Shown one piece after another: positions 27,916 to 36,886 of a stretch of DNA of 47,920 bases. A program made the translations under genes and the position numbers. Source of the stretch: an uncultured Bacteriovoracaceae bacterium (GTDB lineage Bacteria; Bdellovibrionota; Bacteriovoracia; Bacteriovoracales; Bacteriovoracaceae). The number at the start of each line of letters is the position of its first letter. The stretch's first letter is position 1. The notes beneath the pieces were generated by a model. It searched no databases and had not been told where the DNA came from. It saw nothing but the letters and a program-made list of their open reading frames with translations. The stretch spans positions 1 through 47,920 of the forward strand of contig CAXGUD010000027.1 of NCBI GenBank assembly GCA_964012805.1, written 5' to 3'.

Positions 27916-29190
27916 TTATCTTGCTCTATGCTTTAGCTTAAACTTATCGATAACTTTTGTCTTTAAACAATTCCACCTTGTAATTAATTCGTATTTACAT
28001 TGAGGGCTTATTACCTTAATTTCAGCACTGTCTTTTTTCATACTGGCCAAAAAGAAATGGTCTGCCGCCATAGCAAAGCCTGGCTTTTTCAAAAACCATG
28101 AGTTTTTATTCTTAGGCTTCCTCTGGCCTACACCAAGACCTCCTTCACCAAGGTAAATAATTCCCTTTTTCAGATCCTTTTTATTTTTATAAATAGGAAC
28201 AGTTTTTTTAAGGCTATGACCGTCTGACTCGAAGACAAGATCGACCTGATATTTATCAAAAAGAGGAACAAAGTGTTTTAAAGCGTCACTTGGCTTTTTA
28301 ACAGCAGGCCAAGCAGGCTCATGGTAATTTGGGAAAACCCAATTCCCCTTTTTGGCATACTTTCGAAGGTGAGTCTCAAGCCAAATCTTTTGGAGCCCAC
28401 CCATAGCGATTGAAGTATTTAAGTTAAAAATATAGAGGTTATTAATTTTAGTTATGTAATAACTATTTTTAAGGCTCTTTCTATGCATGATAAAAAGGTC
28501 ATTAAAGAGTTCAACATTCTTTTCGTGGTTTCCTCTGGTTGGAACAACGGGGAGGAAACGCCCATCTTTTGTAATCGTTAAAAGATGATCTCTAAACCAC
28601 TGCCTGAAATCCCTAAAAATCATGCCAAAAAAGACATAATCCCCACCGTGAACGAGGGCCAGAATGCTCGGATCTTTTTCAACCATTTTTGCCAAAAGCT
28701 TATTGATCCCAGGTCTTCTAGGTCTTCTAATATTGGGAAGGTTATCCCTTGAGTCACCACCAAAAATAAGCTTAAATGATCTCTTAGGATCTTTAGGTGC
28801 GGTTATAAAATGGAGTTCTTTTGAAACGTGACTTCCCGATCTAACGACAAAATAATATTTTGTCGAAGGACTTAAATTTTTAAAGACACAGGCGTGATAA
28901 AAGTACCGTAAACCAATGTCAGCCTTGTTAGTGGTAGAAAGATAGCGGTTATAGGGGGCCCTTTGGACTAATTCATAGGCCTTAAGGTTTCCCTTTTTGG
29001 GGGTCTTACTCATATAGCAGTAGTTTTCTTTATAAATTTCCCTTTTTGTATTCCAAGCAAGGGTCGCTTCAGTGGCCGGGTCTTCATGCCAGACAAGACG
29101 AAAATGTTTAATCTCTTTTGGAAAATATTCTTTTGAATGAAGGTTAAAAGAAATTAGACTTAAAAAAATGACCCCTATCAAAACCCTCAC
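27916..29190 (-). CDS. Secreted purple-acid-phosphatase-type metallophosphoesterase with FN3-like N-terminal domain
   Basis: GGDSR, HGGDYV, RGNHE, YHEP and ESDGH calcineurin-like motifs; NLSPSTKYYF FN3 signature. Confidence 0.88.
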   Translation of the reverse strand: MRVLIGVIFLSLISFNLHSKEYFPKEIKHFRLVWHEDPATEATLAWNTKREIYKENYCYMSKTPKKGNLKAYELVQRAPYNRYLSTTNKADIGLRYFYHACVFKNLSPSTKYYFVVRSGSHVSKELHFITAPKDPKRSFKLIFGGDSRDNLPNIRRPRRPGINKLLAKMVEKDPSILALVHGGDYVFFGMIFRDFRQWFRDHLLTITKDGRFLPVVPTRGNHEKNVELFNDLFIMHRKSLKNSYYITKINNLYIFNLNTSIAMGGLQKIWLETHLRKYAKKGNWVFPNYHEPAWPAVKKPSDALKHFVPLFDKYQVDLVFESDGHSLKKTVPIYKNKKDLKKGIIYLGEGGLGVGQRKPKNKNSWFLKKPGFAMAADHFFLASMKKDSAEIKVISPQCKYELITRWNCLKTKVIDKFKLKHRAR

Positions 29191-29353
29191 GCTGACTCCT
29201 TCAGTATCTTATTCTGTCCATAGAATTCGTTAGAGCATAAAGGACTATTGTAAGGTCGGGGGCCTTAAAGTGACACTTTTTTTTTCTCTTCCTTTTTTTC
29301 CTTAAGGGCTTTTAAGAAGAAAAACCGTCTAGTTTAATCTGGTACCGAAGACT

Positions 29354-30397
29354 CTACTTCCAACCAAGCTCTCTAGCGATTTCCTTGGCCTTTTCATTTT
29401 GAAGGGCCTTTATCTCAAGGTTAAACTTTTTATTTTCCTTAAACTGACTCACTTCTTTAACAAACCCTCTTAGCTTCACTTTTGGGTTAACGGGGTATTC
29501 AAAGCTACCACCAAACTCAGAATTCCCTTGGGTTATTATATCCTGGGCCCTTTCACTTGTTAAAAACTCAAGAACTCGTTTTGAAAAATGAGGGTAGTTA
29601 GTTAGTTTATGAACTCCAAAAGATCTCAAATTAATATGGGCCCCATAAGAGTTTTGGTTAGGAAACACCATTTTTATAGGAGTCTTTTCGTACTTCTTTC
29701 TGAAGTGACCAAGATAATAAGTATTCGCCACTCCAATATGACACTCTCCCTCATGAAGGGCCTGAAGCACGCCACTCATATCTGACTTTTTGATAAGAGG
29801 TTTATTGTTGATCCATTCTTTAAGCATAGATTCTGTTGATTCTTTCCCTTTAACATCTACAAAAAAGGCGATTAAAGAAATATTGTAAAGGCTATCTGAA
29901 GTTCTAAGGCAAAGCCTCCCCTTCCAAGTTGGATGACCTAAGTCTTCATAAGTTAAAAGCTCATCAAGTTCATAAGGTTTTACTAAATCACTATTATAAA
30001 AAAGAACCCGTGCCTTTTTTGTAAAACCATACCAAGTTCCTTCTTTTGACCTCAAATACTCCGGAACATTTTCTCTTAAGACCGAACTTTCTAATGGTAA
30101 AAGGAAATTTTGAGAAGCAGCACTCCCCAATAAAGAGGCGTCAGGAATCTGAATTAAATCAAACTTAAGGTCTTTTCCCTTTCCTTCTTTTATGGCCTTA
30201 GAGACTGCCAATTTGTCGTATTGGTAAAGAACTTTAAAACCATTTTCTTTTCCAATCGTTTCATTAAAGATCTTTAAAACGGGGTCCATTCTTTTGGCCC
30301 TTGTATTTCCCACCATTTTTAATTCAACCAGGGCCATGACCTCGGTCAAGGTGAGAAGAAGAATGAGAGGGAATAAAAGATGTCTAAATTTAAACAT
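29354..30397 (-). CDS. Fe(III) ABC-transporter substrate-binding protein (FutA/FbpA-like)
   Basis: WYGFTKKARV, TYEDL..P.WKGRLCLR, YNISL, ANTYY (di-Tyr iron ligands), FPNQ, GAHIN, EYP. Confidence 0.85.
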   Translation of the reverse strand: MFKFRHLLFPLILLLTLTEVMALVELKMVGNTRAKRMDPVLKIFNETIGKENGFKVLYQYDKLAVSKAIKEGKGKDLKFDLIQIPDASLLGSAASQNFLLPLESSVLRENVPEYLRSKEGTWYGFTKKARVLFYNSDLVKPYELDELLTYEDLGHPTWKGRLCLRTSDSLYNISLIAFFVDVKGKESTESMLKEWINNKPLIKKSDMSGVLQALHEGECHIGVANTYYLGHFRKKYEKTPIKMVFPNQNSYGAHINLRSFGVHKLTNYPHFSKRVLEFLTSERAQDIITQGNSEFGGSFEYPVNPKVKLRGFVKEVSQFKENKKFNLEIKALQNEKAKEIARELGWK

Positions 30398-30532
30398 AAG
30401 GGCCTCGCCTAAAAATGTTGATAAACATAGTTTAATAATTAATACTTTTGTTTGAATAATTAAACAAGTAGTTTTTGTCTTACACTGATGGGTTAAGTTG
30501 TGCAGACGATCAAGAACCAGATTACTTTAGGC

Positions 30533-31384
30533 CTAGGGCTTAAGATTCATCTTCTTATTGATCAGCTTCCAAAGCTTTCCAACTAGCCACAAAACAAAAG
30601 ATGGCGAAAGTCTATAAAGCCACCACAATATTTTCATTTGAAGAGGCTCCACAATAAGGCCTTTATTTTTTTCAATTTGGGGAAGGGCTTTTTTAACCAA
30701 AGCTTCAGGGGCGAGGGCCATTAGAGGAAGGGGCCTTTTTTTTAATTTTTCAACAATCTTAGGCCCAACTCTACCGTACTTTCCTCCTTCAAGAATAGGA
30801 GTCTCAATAAAACCTGGGCAGAGAGCACTCACTCGTACTCCATATCTGGAGGCCTGGGCCCTCAAAGAAACTGAAAGGCCAACCACCGCATGCTTCGTCA
30901 TCCCATAGCTAACCACAAAGGGGGCAGGAAGAATTCCGGCAACTGAAGCCGTATTAATGATATGCCCAAAGCCCTGCTCCACCATAACTTTGTAACAGGC
31001 AAGGGTTCCGTTCATAACCCCTTTAATATTGACGTCGACTATATAGTTCCAATCTTCGATGGGGTCATCCTTCACCTCCCAACCTGAAACGACGCCCGCA
31101 TTATTAAAAAGGGTGTCAATCCTTCCATGAGTTTCTTTTAATTCTAAAATAAGCTTTTCAAAGGCCCTAGAGTCCCGAACATCTAAAAAGGCGGAGCTTG
31201 CCTTTCCACCTTCGGCCTCTATAAGCTTAGCTTCTTTTTCAGCAACCTCTTTTTGAAGGTCGGCAAGAATAACGTGGCATCCTCTTCTAGCAAGCTCTTT
31301 ACCAAAAGCAAGGCCTATACCTGATGCCCCACCAGTAATTAAAGAAACCCCTCCACTATAAAAATTAAGAGGGCCATTCTCCAT
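30533..31384 (-). CDS. Short-chain dehydrogenase/reductase
   Basis: TGGASGIG, FNNAG, NTAS, YGMTK (YxxxK), CPG. Confidence 0.93.
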   Translation of the reverse strand: MENGPLNFYSGGVSLITGGASGIGLAFGKELARRGCHVILADLQKEVAEKEAKLIEAEGGKASSAFLDVRDSRAFEKLILELKETHGRIDTLFNNAGVVSGWEVKDDPIEDWNYIVDVNIKGVMNGTLACYKVMVEQGFGHIINTASVAGILPAPFVVSYGMTKHAVVGLSVSLRAQASRYGVRVSALCPGFIETPILEGGKYGRVGPKIVEKLKKRPLPLMALAPEALVKKALPQIEKNKGLIVEPLQMKILWWLYRLSPSFVLWLVGKLWKLINKKMNLKP

Positions 31385-31386
31385 TT

Positions 31387-33927
31387 CTAGTATCCTTTTA
31401 AAAGTTCATTCGGTGCTTTTTCTTCAATCACTTTTTTAAAGACAAAACGGTAAACTAAAAAGGAAATCAGCGCCTTTGAAAGAATGGCCGGTAAAAAGGC
31501 CCAAGGGTAAAAAGACCACCCTTCGTTCATATTTCGAAAAAAGATGGCGACCAGAGAGTAAGAGAGAAGATACCCAACCAAAATCCCAAAAAGACCGGCA
31601 AAAGAAATGAGGAGACCCAATTCGGCCATTCCGATTTTCTTTAGATGGTCTGGTGAAAAACCTAAAGTCTTTAAAAGGTTATAATCGGGGATTCTTTGCT
31701 CAATTTGATTTTGAAAAATAGTCCAGATGACAAAGACGCCCACAAAGAGACTGACAAAGGTCATGGTTCTAAAACTAAGGACAATATCATTAAAAATCGT
31801 TCGGGTTTTTTCAATATTTCTTTTAAGATTAATTGATGAAATATTGGGGAACTTATCAAGAAGCTTCATTTGAAAACCATAGGGCCTTTTATCTTTATCG
31901 TGAAAAGTCGTCCCTAAAAAGGTTTGGGGGTAATTTTCTAAAACACCTGGTTTGAAAACAAAGAAAAAATTGGGTTTTAGATTGGCCCAATTGACCTTTC
32001 TAAAGCTCTCTACTTTTGCTTTTAGGGGAAGCCCTAAAACGGTCATCCCTATTTCATCACCTATTTTAATCTTAAGCCTTTTCGCATACCTTTCTTCTAA
32101 GCTGACTCCAGGCAAACTTCCCTTTTCATCCTTTTCCCCAAAGGCCTGCCCTTTCACAATAACTTCATCTTTATAAAGCTTTTCTTTATAAGAAAGGTTA
32201 ATGGGCCTGTTCCTTAAAAAGGAGTTCATTTCCCCTTCTCTTGTCCGAGACTTCTTCTTTTTTGAGTACTGTTCAAAGGGTTTCCCATTTAAACTTTGAA
32301 GCTTTGCTTTGACCATCGGTGATGGACCGGCTAGCTCAACATTATTTTCCTCACAAAACTTTCTCAACTCTTCAATTTGATCTTTTTGAATATCGATAAG
32401 AAAAAAATGAGGGGTCCGCCCCTTTGTAAAATAGGTAAGTTCGTTAACCATGACATGGTTTAGTTGAGGGATCAAAGTCAGCATGGAGGAAAGAAGGACA
32501 AGAACCATAAGAGAAATCAATGTCTCCGTTTTAAAGCGCGTCATATTTTTAAAAGCGATCTTGAAAATAATATGACCTCTAAGCCTTGCCTTCCCTAAAA
32601 GGTTTAAAATCCAAATGCCGAGCCTGTCAGTAATAAGAAGAGAGATGAAAATAAAAAGACAAAACAAGGGCCCATTTCGATAAGACGAAGAGAGGTCAAT
32701 TGAAATAAAAACGAAAAAGAGGGCCCAAGGGATAAAAAGAATCATCCCCTTTTTTTGAGAATATCTTTCCCTAAACTTTGAGGAGTGAAGGGACGTAATG
32801 GAAGAGTCAAGCTTTGGAATAATAAGGGGAAGTGCGCAAAGGGCATTACTAATCATGCAAATAAAGCTTCCATAGAAAAAGCTTTTCCAGGAGATCTGGA
32901 TAATGATTTGAAGCGGAGTATAGTTTTGAACAATAAAGTTCACAAAAAGGACGAGGGGGGCCGCCACCAAAAAGGATAGAACCCCTGCCATAAGACCAAG
33001 TATAAGCAGGTGATAAAAGTAGATCGTAAAAATCTTTAATTTCCCAAACCCCATGGCCTTTAAAACCGCCATGTCTTTTTTTCGATTGGAGAGGTAATTT
33101 CTATAGAGATAAAAGTTAGCCGAAACCGCTAAAAGGAGAGAAATAAGGGCCGTCAGTCCTAAAAAGTCAGAAAGGTAGTTCACTCCCCTTCCCATCCTCT
33201 GGCCTTTCCTTTGAGGAGTCACGACTCTGATGTTTTTATCGGGAAAATTTTCTTTTAAAAATGTATTCAAATCGGGTAGGGAAAAATCTTCTTTTATTTT
33301 TAGAAGATAGAAGTAGCGGATGGTGCTTCCAAATTGAATAAGTTTCGTCTTTTTTAAAGATTCTAAAGATAGATAGACCCGTGGGACGAAGGACCCCCCC
33401 ATAAAATTCTGGCCTATATCATCAATTAAAAGATCCTTAACTTTAAAGCGGCTTTTTCCGATACCCAAAAAGTCCAGTTTTTTCAATTTAAGCTGTTCTT
33501 TTAGTTCACTCTGGATAATGATCCCATCCTCTCCAATGCTTTTTCCGGCTTTATAGGTACCCGTCTTTTGAAGTGTCATGCTTCCATAGAAAGGATAAAG
33601 TGAGTCAATCCCTTTGACCTGCACAAGCCTAGCTTTTTCCCCGGCCTTGATCATCGTTAAAAGTTCAATGGATTCTGAAACCTGTATTTCTTCTTTAAAA
33701 AGGGACTTAACCTTTTTTAAATCGTCCTCATTAAAAGGAGTAATGAGAGAAAGAGCAAGGTCTGCACCTAAAAACTTTTTTGATTTTTGGTTGATTGTTT
33801 TTTCAATGGAGAATTTAAAGTTCTTAACAATTATAATGCCTGTCATTCCTAAGGACAGGCTAATAAGAAAAAAAAAGTGAAAGCGGGAAATCTTCTTTAT
33901 TTCCCGTAACGCCATCTTAAAAAGCAT
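31387..33927 (-). CDS. ABC transporter permease, YbbP/FtsX-like with duplicated domains
   Basis: LGADL, YPFYG, two 4TM FtsX-type halves (LKAMG / LKTLG), PHFFLIDIQKDQ, R.VNW....PNFF. Confidence 0.88.
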   Translation of the reverse strand: MLFKMALREIKKISRFHFFFLISLSLGMTGIIIVKNFKFSIEKTINQKSKKFLGADLALSLITPFNEDDLKKVKSLFKEEIQVSESIELLTMIKAGEKARLVQVKGIDSLYPFYGSMTLQKTGTYKAGKSIGEDGIIIQSELKEQLKLKKLDFLGIGKSRFKVKDLLIDDIGQNFMGGSFVPRVYLSLESLKKTKLIQFGSTIRYFYLLKIKEDFSLPDLNTFLKENFPDKNIRVVTPQRKGQRMGRGVNYLSDFLGLTALISLLLAVSANFYLYRNYLSNRKKDMAVLKAMGFGKLKIFTIYFYHLLILGLMAGVLSFLVAAPLVLFVNFIVQNYTPLQIIIQISWKSFFYGSFICMISNALCALPLIIPKLDSSITSLHSSKFRERYSQKKGMILFIPWALFFVFISIDLSSSYRNGPLFCLFIFISLLITDRLGIWILNLLGKARLRGHIIFKIAFKNMTRFKTETLISLMVLVLLSSMLTLIPQLNHVMVNELTYFTKGRTPHFFLIDIQKDQIEELRKFCEENNVELAGPSPMVKAKLQSLNGKPFEQYSKKKKSRTREGEMNSFLRNRPINLSYKEKLYKDEVIVKGQAFGEKDEKGSLPGVSLEERYAKRLKIKIGDEIGMTVLGLPLKAKVESFRKVNWANLKPNFFFVFKPGVLENYPQTFLGTTFHDKDKRPYGFQMKLLDKFPNISSINLKRNIEKTRTIFNDIVLSFRTMTFVSLFVGVFVIWTIFQNQIEQRIPDYNLLKTLGFSPDHLKKIGMAELGLLISFAGLFGILVGYLLSYSLVAIFFRNMNEGWSFYPWAFLPAILSKALISFLVYRFVFKKVIEEKAPNELLKGY

Positions 33928-33988
33928 GAGGTCTCATTTTTTATATTTTTATATTTCTTATCTTTAATTATTAAATTCTTCTTTCTAC

Positions 33989-34672
33989 CTATAATTGGTC
34001 ACCCTGAACTAAAACACCTTCTTCAAGGTTAAAAACTCGGTCGCACCTTTTTGCTAATTCTCTTCCATGTGTCACAAGAATGAGTGTCATTTTCCGCTCT
34101 TTAACTAAGTCAAAAAAGAGGTCGATCACCTTATTTCCTGTTTTTTGGTCCAAGCTCCCGCTGGGTTCATCGGCCAAAAGAAGTTCCGGGTTATTAGCAA
34201 GGCTTCTGGCAATCGCGACTCTTTGCTGCTCACCACCACTAAGTTCGCTTGGAAAATGGCTGGCCCTTTCCTGAAGACCTACTTGATTTAAAAGCCTTAA
34301 AGCCGTTTTACGAACTTCATGGGTTTCATGAAGTTCCAGGACAATTTCTACATTTTCTAAAGCAGTTAAATGAGGAAGGAGGTGGTATTCCTGGAAGACA
34401 ATACTTAAGGAGTCCGCCCTTAGTTGGGTGAGTTCTTTTTCACTTAAGCTTCCCAGCTCTTTATCTAAAAAAATCACGCTCCCACTATCTGCTCGGTCAA
34501 GTCCTCCAATTATAGAAAGAAGAGTCGACTTCCCACTCCCAGAGTCTCCCAAGATAGCTATCGTTTCGCCCTTTTGGATTTCAAAATTAACGTCTTTTAA
34601 AACGTCAATGGAGAGCTTTCTTCGTCCACCAATAGAATAGGATTTTTTCAATTTTTCAACTTTTAGAATCAC
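33989..34672 (-). CDS. ABC transporter ATP-binding protein, YbbA/LolD-like
   Basis: GDSGSGKS, LSGGEQQRVAIAR, LLADEP, VTH. Confidence 0.95.
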   Translation of the reverse strand: MILKVEKLKKSYSIGGRRKLSIDVLKDVNFEIQKGETIAILGDSGSGKSTLLSIIGGLDRADSGSVIFLDKELGSLSEKELTQLRADSLSIVFQEYHLLPHLTALENVEIVLELHETHEVRKTALRLLNQVGLQERASHFPSELSGGEQQRVAIARSLANNPELLLADEPSGSLDQKTGNKVIDLFFDLVKERKMTLILVTHGRELAKRCDRVFNLEEGVLVQGDQL

Positions 34673-35280
34673 TTTACAAAATCCTTTAAAACATTAAAAA
34701 CGGTTTGGGCCATAATCTCGTGACCTTTTTCATTGGGGTGAATTCCATCAGGAAGGTTTAAAGCTTTAATACCTGCTACATCTTTGAGGAGAAAAGGAAG
34801 GAACGCTACCTTATGAGTATTGGCCAAATCCTTAAAGATTTTCTCAAACCCAGACCTATAATCCTCTCCATAATTGGGAGGAATCTTCATTCCAGCGAGG
34901 ATGACCTTTATTTGCTTCTCCTTGGCGAAACGAATAATGTCCACCAGATTCTGTCGGCTTTTTTCAAGGGGTATTCCTCTTAAGCCATCATTGGCCCCTA
35001 ATGCCAGAATCATAAGCTTTATCTTTTTTTGACCCGTAATCCACTTTAACCTCGTGAGGCCACTGGAAGTGGTCGAGCCACTCACCCCTAAATTAAAAAT
35101 TTCTACTTTTTTTCCAAGATTGGTAAAAAGCCTTTTTTTAACGAGCTCTGGGTAGGCTTTTTCAGCTGGTACACCATAACCCTCCGTTAGAGAGTCTCCC
35201 AAAAAAAGAATATTGTAAGTCTCTTTTGAGATCACCGGAAGAGAGAGGGACAGAAAGAAAATGACGCAAAGGGTTTTCAT
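34669..35280 (-). CDS. tesA: Arylesterase / acyl-CoA thioesterase I (GDSL/SGNH)
   Basis: Signal peptide; GDSLT, GVSG, LGANDGLRG, PPNYG, DGIHP; 4-nt overlap with the ATPase gene. Confidence 0.9.
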   Translation of the reverse strand: MKTLCVIFFLSLSLPVISKETYNILFLGDSLTEGYGVPAEKAYPELVKKRLFTNLGKKVEIFNLGVSGSTTSSGLTRLKWITGQKKIKLMILALGANDGLRGIPLEKSRQNLVDIIRFAKEKQIKVILAGMKIPPNYGEDYRSGFEKIFKDLANTHKVAFLPFLLKDVAGIKALNLPDGIHPNEKGHEIMAQTVFNVLKDFVK

Positions 35281-35482
35281 AGGGAGTAGCTTTTTAATTG
35301 AAGGAAATATACAGTTTTTATTCTAGGTTAATTGAGAGGAAAAATCAATTGAAAGGAGCTGTACATTATCTGACTATATTTTTCAATTCTAAAAACAATT
35401 CATCTAGTTCAATGTTCTAACAATTTTTGATTTGTGCTTTAGATTTGATATAAGATTTAAGAATCTTTAAAAGGCGGTAAAA

Positions 35483-36493
35483 ATGAATAAACCAAAATCA
35501 ATAAAGTTTTTCCTTTTTCTTATACCCTTTTTTTTACTCAGTGCTTTTTCAGCTGAAACAGACCAGTATTTTGCCCTCAATAAGTATATTGAAGATTCGA
35601 CGATTCCTATCAACGAAATAATTAATAAAAACCTAACTAAGGCCATAAATAAGGCCAATCGAAAGGGCTATTCCTGCTATAAGTTAACCAAGCATTTTGC
35701 AAAAGAAGTAGGGTCTGGGAAAAACAGTTTAAGAGATGTTCCCATAAGAAAAAATGAAGCGATTGATCAAATACCCCGCCACACTTCTAATAGAGAACTT
35801 TTTTACGAAGATTCCATTTTTTATGGCCTTAAAAGGTGGGATATTGGAATTGGTGACAACCGCTTCCTCTCACCCACTCTTGAAGTTAATGGGGTGAGAT
35901 TAGGTGGTGATAAGATCTCCCATATTACTTTTATTGGCCTAAATTATTACAAGACTTTTAGCTTCTTTTTAAAGCGATATAAGAAAAAGTATTCAAAAGA
36001 AGTCGCAACAAAAAAAGCAGTTATTAAAGCGATTAATTTTGGAATCCTCCAAGAAAAAACATTCACCGGAAGAAGCCGCCTTATTTCAGGGCTTTTTTCT
36101 TTTGGAGATATGGAGGCAAACTATCAGGGCCTACGCCTTTTTCACAATATTTGTGGAAGTGATAACCCTTACGTCATTAAGGTTAAAGGAAAATGGCACC
36201 TTCGAAGCTTAGTCGATATCACACCTTATATCACTCCTGAATTAGATGAAACTTATTACCCCAGTGCTTTTAGAAAGTCTTTTTGGAAAAAAGTTAAAAA
36301 AAATCTTGCAGGATACTGCAATGAAAGCACTTTTAAAGCACTAAGAAAAAGGTGGACCTATTATTCAACTTTTAGAAAAAAATCATTTTCTTATCATTAT
36401 TTACAACAAAAAATTAAAGAGGGAAAAGTAAAAGACAATTCTCTTTTCACTCTCAAAAATGTTTGCACCCATAAGGCGCAACAATGGAACTAA
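35483..36493 (+). CDS. Secreted hypothetical protein with DKxxH...DxxANxxG motif
   Basis: Signal peptide ending AFSA-ETDQY; GGDKISH and GDMEANYQG; four Cys. Confidence 0.75.
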   Translation: MNKPKSIKFFLFLIPFFLLSAFSAETDQYFALNKYIEDSTIPINEIINKNLTKAINKANRKGYSCYKLTKHFAKEVGSGKNSLRDVPIRKNEAIDQIPRHTSNRELFYEDSIFYGLKRWDIGIGDNRFLSPTLEVNGVRLGGDKISHITFIGLNYYKTFSFFLKRYKKKYSKEVATKKAVIKAINFGILQEKTFTGRSRLISGLFSFGDMEANYQGLRLFHNICGSDNPYVIKVKGKWHLRSLVDITPYITPELDETYYPSAFRKSFWKKVKKNLAGYCNESTFKALRKRWTYYSTFRKKSFSYHYLQQKIKEGKVKDNSLFTLKNVCTHKAQQWN

Positions 36494-36848
36494 AAAAATT
36501 CTTATTGTGGACGATGACAGAGACCTCTGCGAGGTTTTAGCAGGCCACGTAGTCAATATTTTTGACGATATTCAGGTCGCTTGCTGCTATGATGGTGGAA
36601 AGGCCCTTCAAGAAATCAATTTTGGAGGATTTGACTGTATGGTCTTTGATTTACAATTACCTCTCGTCGATGGGATAGAACTCATTAGAAGGACAATAAG
36701 TAAACCCGAAAACGAACAGGCCGAAATTTATGTAGTATCAGGGAATATAGACGAAAATGCCCAAAGGTCTTTAGATGAAATGAATATAAGGGGATATATC
36801 CACAAACCTTTCACTTTCCAAGACATCTACGACATGATGAGAAAGTAA
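36459..36848 (+). CDS. Single-domain response regulator receiver (start uncertain)
   Basis: ILIVDDD, VFDLQLPLVDG, VVSG, HKP; overlaps the upstream gene by 35 nt. Confidence 0.88.
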   Translation: MFAPIRRNNGTKKILIVDDDRDLCEVLAGHVVNIFDDIQVACCYDGGKALQEINFGGFDCMVFDLQLPLVDGIELIRRTISKPENEQAEIYVVSGNIDENAQRSLDEMNIRGYIHKPFTFQDIYDMMRK

Positions 36849-36886
36849 ATTTAAAATGCTTTTCATAAATTTAGCAGTGGCTCCAT

